Shown here: positions 52,884 through 61,351 of the stretch, one piece after another
Layout: each line of letters begins with the position of its first letter
How positions within the stretch are numbered: the stretch's first letter is position 1
From: an uncultured virus (IMG/VR IMGVR_UViG_3300021197_001811)
Lineage: Duplodnaviria; Heunggongvirae; Uroviricota; Caudoviricetes
Reading direction: 5' to 3' (one strand)
Length of the DNA: 64,000 nt
Virus record (IMG/VR): IMGVR_UViG_3300021197_001811
Translations under genes and position numbers: made by a program
The notes under the pieces: generated by a model
Told to the model about the DNA's origin: nothing
Database searches by the model: none
What the model saw: only the letters and a program-made list of their open reading frames with translations

Positions 52884-53648
52884 TTAGTTATTTAGCAAGT
52901 CGTTGAACGCTGCTTCTACAGCGTCCTTTTCGTTTCCTGCAGTTGTAGTGGTGGTCCCACCGAACTTTTCTACTTGATTGTCGGTGTTGCCACCATCCAA
53001 GAAAGTATCAAGTAAGGCCTGAACCTCTTCTGTTGTCTTTCGCTCAAAGAGATCCTCCAAGTTTGGAATGGTCTCCAAAAGTTCGGCACATCTCTCGTCT
53101 CCACCGACAGCGTCGTCGCACAACACCGTCTTTCTAGGGCGGGCTCGGATGTCAGTCACCGGGAACGAAGCTCCAGGTGGCTTGCCGTACATAACCTTGA
53201 GATCGTTACCGCTCTCTGGGTCTGTCACGTCTCCATAATCAGGATCGAGGACGATTGTCAAAAGCTTCTGATATGCCATCTTGCCATATCCCCAGACACG
53301 GACTCCCTTGTCTTCCTCTCCACGAACCAGAACTGGCGAGAAGAAGCGTTGCTTAGCAAAGAGATTCTTTGCCATTCTCTTGCTTTCCTCTGTTCCCTCG
53401 TTCCACAACTTGTTTCCAAAGTTGCAAACGGGACAGTTGTCACCAAAGTTCCTCTTTGGGCACAAGAATCCTCCTTGGGCCACGTTATAGTGGAAGAACT
53501 TCTCCTTGAATGGGTCGCCATCCGGAGTTGGAACAATACGAAGATTGTTCTCACCATCTTGAGGCTTCCAAAAGTCGCCTCGCTTGCCGTCACCCTTACC
53601 GGTGGCAGCGTTAAGTTTTGCGCGCATTGCGTCTAAATCGAGAGCCAT
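52884..53648 (-). CDS. gp32-like single-stranded DNA-binding protein
   Basis: FWKP..G.N.LRIVP, H...C...CPVC, D.TDP..G.D, acidic tail. Confidence 0.85.
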   Translation of the reverse strand: MALDLDAMRAKLNAATGKGDGKRGDFWKPQDGENNLRIVPTPDGDPFKEKFFHYNVAQGGFLCPKRNFGDNCPVCNFGNKLWNEGTEESKRMAKNLFAKQRFFSPVLVRGEEDKGVRVWGYGKMAYQKLLTIVLDPDYGDVTDPESGNDLKVMYGKPPGASFPVTDIRARPRKTVLCDDAVGGDERCAELLETIPNLEDLFERKTTEEVQALLDTFLDGGNTDNQVEKFGGTTTTTAGNEKDAVEAAFNDLLNN

Positions 53649-53718
53649 AATTTTCTCCTTTATTTTTATGCTCTTATCGGCTAAAGCAGGTCAGCAAATC
53701 TTCTGACCAACTGAATCC

Positions 53719-53746
53719 ATTATACCAAGTTTGACAGAATTGTCAA
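53719..53746 (-). promoter_or_regulatory. sigma70-type promoter TTGACA-N16-TATAAT (TGn extended) upstream of ssb
   Basis: read directly. Confidence 0.75.
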
Positions 53747-53754
53747 GTAAAAAA

Positions 53755-54591
53755 TTAAAGTTCCTGTACGAAAGAAGAGTGAGACAAGACATACGCGAAA
53801 TCGTCTTTGTAATTTGTCGAGTATATCCCATAGCTTACCTTTGTGTTCTCTGTTGCCTTGTCTTTTACCTGCTTCACAATCTTTCTGTGGAGCATCTTCT
53901 CTTTTCTCAGGCTCTCCTCAGGTATGCCATAATAATAACGGGTTTCGCGTGCTTTGTCAAGAGGAAAAAACATATTTTCTTTTCCTGTTTCAATATTCAT
54001 CATTCCAAATGTAGAAATCTTTGCAGTCTCTGCAGGAGATGAGAATGTGTCGGTTACTGAGTCAACGTGATTAAAGAAGTTAATCATATGGAACGCTGAG
54101 GCAATCAGATCATTTAAAGAATCATGATATCCCAATATTGAGGCGTCCTCCACCAAAGGATCAAGAGATTCATTAGAAACCAAGAAGCTCCTCTCTAGAA
54201 GCCCTGAACGAGAGTATTGCTGCAGCACACTGTATATGGCTCGCTCTTGCATTTTCTTTTGCTCGCTTAAAAGGTCAGTTTCTGGCTTTATGTACAAGAT
54301 GCTGATTTCACATCTCTTGTGAATCTGCTCAAGTATGACCAATGAGGCTGGGGCTACCGTGCTTGCGCCACAAACAACAAACAAAACCGGACCTTCGACC
54401 TTCTTTAAGAGTGTCTTTACTCCGGGGACCGTTTTTTCATACTTTTCAGGATCATCGTACTTCTTGATCTTCTGATAGTTGTTTTCGTCTGACTCTTCGT
54501 GATCAATCTTGTATACTTCGTATTCTTCGTACTTTTCTAGCTTTCTCGCAACATTGCAACCAACCGTGCCGAGTCCAATTACTGTTTCCAA
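53755..54591 (-). CDS. divergent tubulin/FtsZ-like protein
   Basis: VIGLGTVGCNVA (T1 loop), KID, YIKP, LVSNESL, LNDLIA; signature loop degenerate. Confidence 0.65.
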   Translation of the reverse strand: METVIGLGTVGCNVARKLEKYEEYEVYKIDHEESDENNYQKIKKYDDPEKYEKTVPGVKTLLKKVEGPVLFVVCGASTVAPASLVILEQIHKRCEISILYIKPETDLLSEQKKMQERAIYSVLQQYSRSGLLERSFLVSNESLDPLVEDASILGYHDSLNDLIASAFHMINFFNHVDSVTDTFSSPAETAKISTFGMMNIETGKENMFFPLDKARETRYYYGIPEESLRKEKMLHRKIVKQVKDKATENTKVSYGIYSTNYKDDFAYVLSHSSFVQEL

Positions 54592-55775
54592 TTGATATCC
54601 CTCATTTCTCCGAAGTTCTTTCCGACTTTAACATTGACTCTATACTCTCCAAACCTCGTGGTCCTGAACGCCTCTATAATCTCTTTCAAGTGAGGCTTCT
54701 CGGAAGCGGAGAGATCTAAGATAACAGAGTCATGCATCAAAAAGGCAATTTTGCTCTTTTTGTCGCTTAATATATCGAAGACCTTTTTTGCTTGTTCCAA
54801 GCATACATCATTTGATGTCGATTGTAAAGTATAATTTACACAATGATATTCATCACTGGGGATTTCTCTGAAGAAGGGTGTTGTGACCTTTTCACCGTCC
54901 CAAAACTTCTTCTTTATGGTGTCCCGGTTATAAGTCTTCGATGATGCATAGTCATCAGATGCAGGATTGTATAGCCAAGCGAAAAACCTCTTTTTTGCCT
55001 CTTCTCTGGTACCCGATTTATATACGTTTTTCACATTCCAGTCATGAATGTCTACATCTGGCTGTGGTTCTCCCAAAAGAGCTAACAATGTTCTTATCTC
55101 TGCACCGTTAACATCAATCTCGATAAACAAGTCGTTATTAGGGACCACATACTTTCTCAATTCTTTATCGAGAGTTAAGACTGGAAAATACCCTTTCTCC
55201 ACTGTAAGTCGACCAGTCTTTGTTCCGAATATCTTATAAGATACGTTATCTCTTGTTTTCCTTAGAGATTTTGAAAACGTCATTACCTTTGTTTTGTAAG
55301 AATCTGCCTTCAGGGCCTTCATATCAATATTGACGTCTTGATGCCTTATCTCCTCCAACATCTTTGCAACGCTCAGAAGGTGCTCATACTCTCTCGGCTT
55401 TGGAATGTTGGAGAATACGTGCTTCGTAATCCTATTTTTAACTTCTAAAAATCTCGAAATTTCCTTGGGCGAAATAATTTCGAAAAAGCAGTTTTGAGAC
55501 AAGTCCACCTTTGCAGTGTTTAGTGACTTTAAGAATGCATTCATCCTCCCAGACACTGCATCCCAATCATATCTCATATTCTCCGGACAGACCTCATCGA
55601 TAGTCTTGCCCCCTGAGAAGAGGAAGCCGTACTCTATGTTTTCGTGGCTCAATAAGGTCTTGGTATACTTCCAAGTCTTTGTGAGCTTGGAAAAGTCGAT
55701 GTCTTCGAACACGCATCGCGAGTCGTAGTAGAGGCCCAAGCATTCTTGCTTGTCATCAATACTCTGAAAATACAT
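54579..55775 (-). CDS. short family A DNA polymerase
   Basis: TKTGRL, motif A DVNGAEIR, DIH, motif B R..AK...FAWLY, NY.LQS, motif C MHDS. Confidence 0.85.
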   Translation of the reverse strand: MYFQSIDDKQECLGLYYDSRCVFEDIDFSKLTKTWKYTKTLLSHENIEYGFLFSGGKTIDEVCPENMRYDWDAVSGRMNAFLKSLNTAKVDLSQNCFFEIISPKEISRFLEVKNRITKHVFSNIPKPREYEHLLSVAKMLEEIRHQDVNIDMKALKADSYKTKVMTFSKSLRKTRDNVSYKIFGTKTGRLTVEKGYFPVLTLDKELRKYVVPNNDLFIEIDVNGAEIRTLLALLGEPQPDVDIHDWNVKNVYKSGTREEAKKRFFAWLYNPASDDYASSKTYNRDTIKKKFWDGEKVTTPFFREIPSDEYHCVNYTLQSTSNDVCLEQAKKVFDILSDKKSKIAFLMHDSVILDLSASEKPHLKEIIEAFRTTRFGEYRVNVKVGKNFGEMRDINWKQ

Positions 55776-55781
55776 TTAACC

Positions 55782-57020
55782 TCAGTAGTCTAGATTATTA
55801 TTAGTTATCGGCAATGGCGATGATACGATGTCCGATGCCTTTGGGGCCTTGTTCAGTAGCAGGTTGACTCTTGGATTTCTCTCTTTGAAAAACTTATTCA
55901 TCTCTTTGTAAGCTCGATTGAGGCTCGTGTATCTTCTACGGAGATAGAACATCTTCTCTACCAATCTATTGACCTCTGTCGGATGAACCTTCAACTGCAT
56001 CTCTTCCATTCTTGCAAAAATACAAAGCCTGAACCATTGACCCAGACTTATTGTAGTATTAAATTGCTCTAATGTCAAGAACTCTCTTACCTGTGTTCTG
56101 TTTTTTAGGCCTTTTTTCGTAACGCTCGTCATCTTTTGGAATGGGCGAGCCAAAACGAACTCCTTATAAGACTCATAAATAAAGTCTTTCATTTTCTGGA
56201 TGTCCATCCTGTACGCTGGATAACAGTACTCTTCGAAGTATTGCTTTGGGCTTCCAATATCATAAATGCTCATATATCTTCTCATTATCGAAGAAGACAG
56301 ATTAGCAACGAGAGCCCACGGAGCATTCTTGTTTACATAGAACCCGTGCCTGTTGGCAAGGGACACGTATTTCTCAAACGCAATGGATTCGATCATCCCG
56401 AGGTTGACTATGTCGTCGCCGTGCTTGAACTCTGCTAGTTCAATGATAAGACCTGTGGACTGGATAGGGCAAAGGTCCGACAACAGAAAATGACTGAACG
56501 TCATTGGAAACTCTTTTGCATGGTTGCTGACAAACTTCTTGTACTGCTCTATTGCATCGTGTATATTGTGAACGTGCTTCTTGTTCGCCATAAGGTAGTT
56601 CGATATAAAGAAGTTCTTCATTGCTAGCATATGATCCTCGTACGCTGCCAGTGGGCTGGCCCAAGCACGCTTTGGATTCAACCCTTGAATCTCTCCTATC
56701 TGATTTCTCATTTGGTTTTTAGCGACGGCATCTACAAAACTCTTCTTCATATCGTCGAAAGCGTGAGCTACAAAGTCTATAGCAAACAGGGTATCACCCT
56801 CTGAATTTAGCTGCTTTAGGGTGCTCTCAGGGAGGCTGTAGACGGCGTTTCCCCTAAGGTCTATCTTACCATATAGGGGTTTTTCGTACCATAAATCTAT
56901 GTACCTATTTCTACGTCGGGTGGCATCAACAAAGTCCAAAGCTAGCTTTTTATAATCTAAACGAGAGTCGTAAGTGTGCTTTGTTTTGTTGTTGTTAGTT
57001 GTTGGCGTTATGATTGTCAT
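55782..57020 (-). CDS. hypothetical phage protein
   Basis: long ORF abutting baseplate genes. Confidence 0.6.
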   Translation of the reverse strand: MTIITPTTNNNKTKHTYDSRLDYKKLALDFVDATRRRNRYIDLWYEKPLYGKIDLRGNAVYSLPESTLKQLNSEGDTLFAIDFVAHAFDDMKKSFVDAVAKNQMRNQIGEIQGLNPKRAWASPLAAYEDHMLAMKNFFISNYLMANKKHVHNIHDAIEQYKKFVSNHAKEFPMTFSHFLLSDLCPIQSTGLIIELAEFKHGDDIVNLGMIESIAFEKYVSLANRHGFYVNKNAPWALVANLSSSIMRRYMSIYDIGSPKQYFEEYCYPAYRMDIQKMKDFIYESYKEFVLARPFQKMTSVTKKGLKNRTQVREFLTLEQFNTTISLGQWFRLCIFARMEEMQLKVHPTEVNRLVEKMFYLRRRYTSLNRAYKEMNKFFKERNPRVNLLLNKAPKASDIVSSPLPITNNNLDY

Positions 57021-60000
57021 TTAGCCCCCCCTCTTCTTAACGGCTTTCTTAAGATCTTCTCTTTTTCGACGCTCTGTTATCCGGTTCAGCATTTTCATGT
57101 CTTCAGGGCCTACTGAGAAGTTCTGCAGTTTGCCGTGCAGGGTTGTTGTAAACCCGGTCATCATATCTATCTTCATAGATGCTTGAGTCGTTACGTAGTA
57201 GCCACCAAGACCCAAGTCTCTAGCAACTGTTTGCCCACCTTCTCCAGGGATTGTAGGACTGAGCCAAAAGTTGACACCCTGAGAGAAGAGGTTGTTTCCT
57301 ACCATCACTATGTCTACGTTATAAGGTTCTTTTATCTTGTCTAATCCTTCGATCTTTCCAGAGTCTTCCATAAAGCGAGCAGCAACAACATTCGGCATCG
57401 AGACCTTTGAGAAGTTGGCGGTCTTCACTAGACCCCTGTCTCTACCCAAAACAAGATGAATGGACTTTCCCTCTCTCAATTCTTCGGCTGTTGGCTCTTT
57501 GTTCTTTTGCGCCACCTGGTTCGCTGCAAACAAAATAAAGTTTCTTGTTGCCTTGCCTCTGGGATTGTTGCTGATGGCGAGTGATTTCAAACCGCCATAT
57601 GGAACCTCGCCCAACTTGAGGTTCTTGTCGCTACTGAAAGTGTTTGAGTTCACAGACAAGTTTGTCTTTTGGGATTCTAGAAGCTTTACTGCATCTGTCT
57701 CGCCGCTGAACGCCGGGCGAACCAGGTTGTTAAATGCACCAATTATAAAACTGCTTAATTCTATCTTGGACGTTGGCTTTTGTATGTACTCTCTAGTGAT
57801 CCAGGCACCATAATTTCTCAATGAAATGGGAACGTCGACCAAAGGTATTTGTATGTGTGTAGTGGCTATTTTCGCTGATGGAGCAAGCTCAACGAACGAC
57901 TGGAAGTTTACCTGCTTTTTGAATGGCATATTACCCATTATTAGTGTAACGTCCTCTTTGTCATATTGGTCTCCGACTAAGCTAATAGCCGATTCAATTA
58001 TGTCACCGAAATAAACAAAAGGCAACTTAAAGTTTTTATTGGCGACGCGACGGTTTAGTTCTTCTGACGTTACTGGTGCGAAATTGCTGTCTCCTTTATT
58101 CACAGTTTTGGATATTGATGAATTTGCAGCGCTTGCACGTCTAGCTGACTCTTCATTGGCTGACTCTCTTATCAACCTTTTGCTCTCTATCTTGTACTCT
58201 TCTGGAGAGAGTTGACTCTTTAGTCTATTAAGCTCTCCTTGTAATTCCTCTTCCCTTTGAATGTTTTTAAAGTAAGATCGAAAGGCGGCGGTTGTGATCT
58301 CCACATTCATGAGCCTGCCCCTATCTTCGATGTCCGTCAAGACTCGGCTGATGTTTGCTCCTGTCCTATTCTTGTTCTTTTCTGCTATCATTCTTGTTAT
58401 AACCGTTGAGGCGCGCGCTCGCTGGCTTCGGATGTCAGCTCTTGATAAGAATTGCTTAAGCTCGTTAATCGCACGGGCTGTTCTTGCTTTATCCGTAGCA
58501 GTATTCGGGAAATGAGACTCTGCAAACTGCCTTATTTGTGCAGACGTGATCTCATCGGAATTAAAGATTGCGCTGTTGTCCTTAGTTCCGGTAGTGGGAT
58601 TGAATTGGACTTCCTTGCTAAACTTTTTTCTCAATTCTAACTCGAAGGCTCTGTTGTCGTCCGCTACTTGTTGTTTTACCTTTTTCGAACTGAGTAGATC
58701 TAATTCGTCAAGGCCTCCCATTATGCGAGACTTGTATCTTAAGTTTAATCCAAAAGTTCCGTCTTGATTGAATTCAAAAGTGTGCTCAACAAGCTCCATT
58801 ATTAGCGTTACAATATTATTATCTATAGCAGACTTGAGGTCTGAGCTTATCAGGCTTTCTGGTGCACCCTCTGGTACTGCCCAGCCGCATTGCACCTTGA
58901 ACTGAAGGTCTCTATCTCTTGTCAACAGATCCGCGAACTTAATCGCGCGTGGTGTTGCCATCGAAAAGTTTTGGGCCATATTACCAGCCTCAAAGTTTTT
59001 TTGAAAATTCTTGAAGTTGAGCTTAGAGGCATCTTCAATGTTTGGAACAAAAGTGCCAACGGTCTTATCAAACACTGCAAGGTTGTCTCCGTAAAGTCTC
59101 AAATTAGATTCGATTTGCTTCTTTGCAGTTTCCAGATACTTACCTTCGTAGGTCCAATCAAAGTTTTGGAAGCCTAACGATCTTGCCCTGCCGTGCTTTA
59201 ATACCTCTTCTGCATCGATAAAGGTTCCCTGAAATGGTAGCTCGAATTCTTGAGAGCCATATACAATGAACATCCTAAAATAGGGCACTAAGGCTGATAT
59301 CTGTAGGTTCGTCATTCTCATGAACTCTTGCTTTCCCCTGAACGCATATACCTCGTTTTCCAACGATGCGTCTGCTGGCTGACCTCTTAAGAAAGAGAAT
59401 TTTTCATATTGGTGCTTGCTGTTTTGCTTTACTAGATTCTCAATATTTGCTAGCAGCATCAGCTGTTCTTTAAAACTGTTCTGTTCTCGTTCCTTCTTCT
59501 TAACAGCTATTTCGGTGATTTTCTGTTTGGCTCTCTGCGTCCTGAGCGCGTTGCTCTCGCCCATAACGACGCCGAAAGTCGTCTTTTCACCCTTTATGTT
59601 AAACAGCTTGGGTGCGTTAGTATCAAAATTATTAAGTTCTGCGCTGAGGAGCTGGAGCCCGTCTCCATCTCCTACTGTCGAGATGGCTCTCCACTGGTCC
59701 GCAAAGGCAAAAGGATCTGTGAAATGCCGGCGGCCTGGATCGGATGGAGTATCAATATCTTGCCTTCCGAGGAAACTTTTCCAAAAAGCTCGGGCTTTGA
59801 GAGACTTTTTAGAGATGATATTCCCATCATCCTTGTTCATTGCCAGATATATTTTTAAGGCGTGGTCACCAACTCTACCACTGGGGAGCCTGGCATCAGT
59901 GGCGGAATGGCTTTTGGTTAGTACTAGTGCTTCGATTCCCCATCGCGCGGTGTTGTTGAGGTTTGTGACCCTCACCCCTATGGTAGAAGAGCGTCGAAAT

Positions 60001-60161
60001 AGTTGTGACCAATCAACCCCCTTATAGTCTTCCTGCTTGAACGCGAAATGAAGACCCAGAAGGGACGCTCCCCACCTGGCGATACGTTCTTTGGCATCAG
60101 GTTTAGTTGTATCTGACCACTTCATGGATAGAAGCTTTTTCTGTATCTCTCTTACCGACAT
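57021..60161 (-). CDS. large structural protein, possible baseplate hub
   Basis: follows LysM baseplate gene; C-terminal Y.VDI.MVGN...LGLGGYYVT...FTTTL resembles hub/gpD-like termini. Confidence 0.5.
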   Translation of the reverse strand: MSVREIQKKLLSMKWSDTTKPDAKERIARWGASLLGLHFAFKQEDYKGVDWSQLFRRSSTIGVRVTNLNNTARWGIEALVLTKSHSATDARLPSGRVGDHALKIYLAMNKDDGNIISKKSLKARAFWKSFLGRQDIDTPSDPGRRHFTDPFAFADQWRAISTVGDGDGLQLLSAELNNFDTNAPKLFNIKGEKTTFGVVMGESNALRTQRAKQKITEIAVKKKEREQNSFKEQLMLLANIENLVKQNSKHQYEKFSFLRGQPADASLENEVYAFRGKQEFMRMTNLQISALVPYFRMFIVYGSQEFELPFQGTFIDAEEVLKHGRARSLGFQNFDWTYEGKYLETAKKQIESNLRLYGDNLAVFDKTVGTFVPNIEDASKLNFKNFQKNFEAGNMAQNFSMATPRAIKFADLLTRDRDLQFKVQCGWAVPEGAPESLISSDLKSAIDNNIVTLIMELVEHTFEFNQDGTFGLNLRYKSRIMGGLDELDLLSSKKVKQQVADDNRAFELELRKKFSKEVQFNPTTGTKDNSAIFNSDEITSAQIRQFAESHFPNTATDKARTARAINELKQFLSRADIRSQRARASTVITRMIAEKNKNRTGANISRVLTDIEDRGRLMNVEITTAAFRSYFKNIQREEELQGELNRLKSQLSPEEYKIESKRLIRESANEESARRASAANSSISKTVNKGDSNFAPVTSEELNRRVANKNFKLPFVYFGDIIESAISLVGDQYDKEDVTLIMGNMPFKKQVNFQSFVELAPSAKIATTHIQIPLVDVPISLRNYGAWITREYIQKPTSKIELSSFIIGAFNNLVRPAFSGETDAVKLLESQKTNLSVNSNTFSSDKNLKLGEVPYGGLKSLAISNNPRGKATRNFILFAANQVAQKNKEPTAEELREGKSIHLVLGRDRGLVKTANFSKVSMPNVVAARFMEDSGKIEGLDKIKEPYNVDIVMVGNNLFSQGVNFWLSPTIPGEGGQTVARDLGLGGYYVTTQASMKIDMMTGFTTTLHGKLQNFSVGPEDMKMLNRITERRKREDLKKAVKKRGG

Positions 60162-60173
60162 CGATAAACTCCT

Positions 60174-60512
60174 TTATACCCCGTAGTAAGACAGAACGTC
60201 TTGTACTGGCGTTGGAATGTACACTACTTGGCCAAGTTCTAGGTGTGCCTCTGTGGGTGCTTGGTTAAACCAGGCTATGACCCACCACATTTCTGAGTTA
60301 CCATAATACTGGTGAGCTAGTTTGAAATACTTGTCCCCGATTTTCCATCTGTGGGAGATGATGTTTAATTCTGCGATGTCTTCTGATGTTGGGTGCACCA
60401 AAACGGGAGTAGTAAAGATCTTTGCAAACTTTATCCCTCTCTCTTTTAATATCGGCTTATATCGATCCAGATCGTTGACCACTACCGGTCTATTTAAATA
60501 TCTATCAGTCAT
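60174..60512 (-). CDS. LysM-domain baseplate wedge protein (gp53/tail X-like)
   Basis: WKIGDKYFKLAHQYYGNSEMWWVIAWFN...GQVVYIP. Confidence 0.8.
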   Translation of the reverse strand: MTDRYLNRPVVVNDLDRYKPILKERGIKFAKIFTTPVLVHPTSEDIAELNIISHRWKIGDKYFKLAHQYYGNSEMWWVIAWFNQAPTEAHLELGQVVYIPTPVQDVLSYYGV

Positions 60513-61348
60513 TACAGCTTCATCCTATTCAGTAGGGCATCTTCTTCGCCCATCTTGACTTTGGTCTTTGCCTTGCCGGGTGTGTCTTGCTGTGTTGCAG
60601 GCTTCTCCTTTTCACTTACCTTTAAATTTATAGGTGCAATCCATTTCTCACCTTCGACATTGGCGTTGATAGCCTTTGCTCCAGTCGCATTTGGAAATGC
60701 CTGCGCTCCTATCCACTTCTTCTTTGAAGCGTCCCATCCCAAGTCGTGACTGTGAAGTACTTTGAAGTTTACGTCAACAGAATAGATTATTGGGTGAAAT
60801 ACTCCATAAGCTTCTGGAACAAAACCCATCTCTAGTTTTGGAGTGTATGAAAACCCATCCACATAGCCTATCAGGCCAGCTTCTAGAGGGCTTGTGCCTG
60901 TCTTGCTACCGGCATTAGCAGCGTTTTGTATTAAGTTAGCAAACTTAATCTTTATTAGAGGTGGTGCTGCCAGAGTCTTCGTTCCATTCTCTTTTGAAAT
61001 CTCGTATGCTGGATATAGAAAGCTCGAAAGGTGCTGAAACTTGTGGGTATTTGCTTCTGCTTGCAAGCCAGACTCTGCCAATACATCGAAACCGAAAGTA
61101 ATGGTTCTTTTTGTATTCTGGAATGTTGCTATAGGGTCCATTCGACCATATACATCTTCTTCTGACCAAGCTGAGCGAAACGCATCTTGAAACGATGTTA
61201 AGAAGGCCTCAAAGAATACTCCGTGACCGCTTGGTACATGCTGGAAATGTATTGACCAACCACCTTGATTAGTTACTTGCTCAACTCCCGAGGTGTATCC
61301 ATCTTTGTTCGTGTCTGTTTTCGATGTTGGATGCCTATCTGATGACAT
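60512..61348 (-). CDS. tail tube initiator/baseplate protein of a contractile tail
   Basis: F.AFLTSF.D...W.....YGR.DPI..FQNT.R, LYP.Y, PPLIKIKF; position after tape measure. Confidence 0.6.
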   Translation of the reverse strand: MSSDRHPTSKTDTNKDGYTSGVEQVTNQGGWSIHFQHVPSGHGVFFEAFLTSFQDAFRSAWSEEDVYGRMDPIATFQNTKRTITFGFDVLAESGLQAEANTHKFQHLSSFLYPAYEISKENGTKTLAAPPLIKIKFANLIQNAANAGSKTGTSPLEAGLIGYVDGFSYTPKLEMGFVPEAYGVFHPIIYSVDVNFKVLHSHDLGWDASKKKWIGAQAFPNATGAKAINANVEGEKWIAPINLKVSEKEKPATQQDTPGKAKTKVKMGEEDALLNRMKL

Positions 61349-61351
61349 TGT

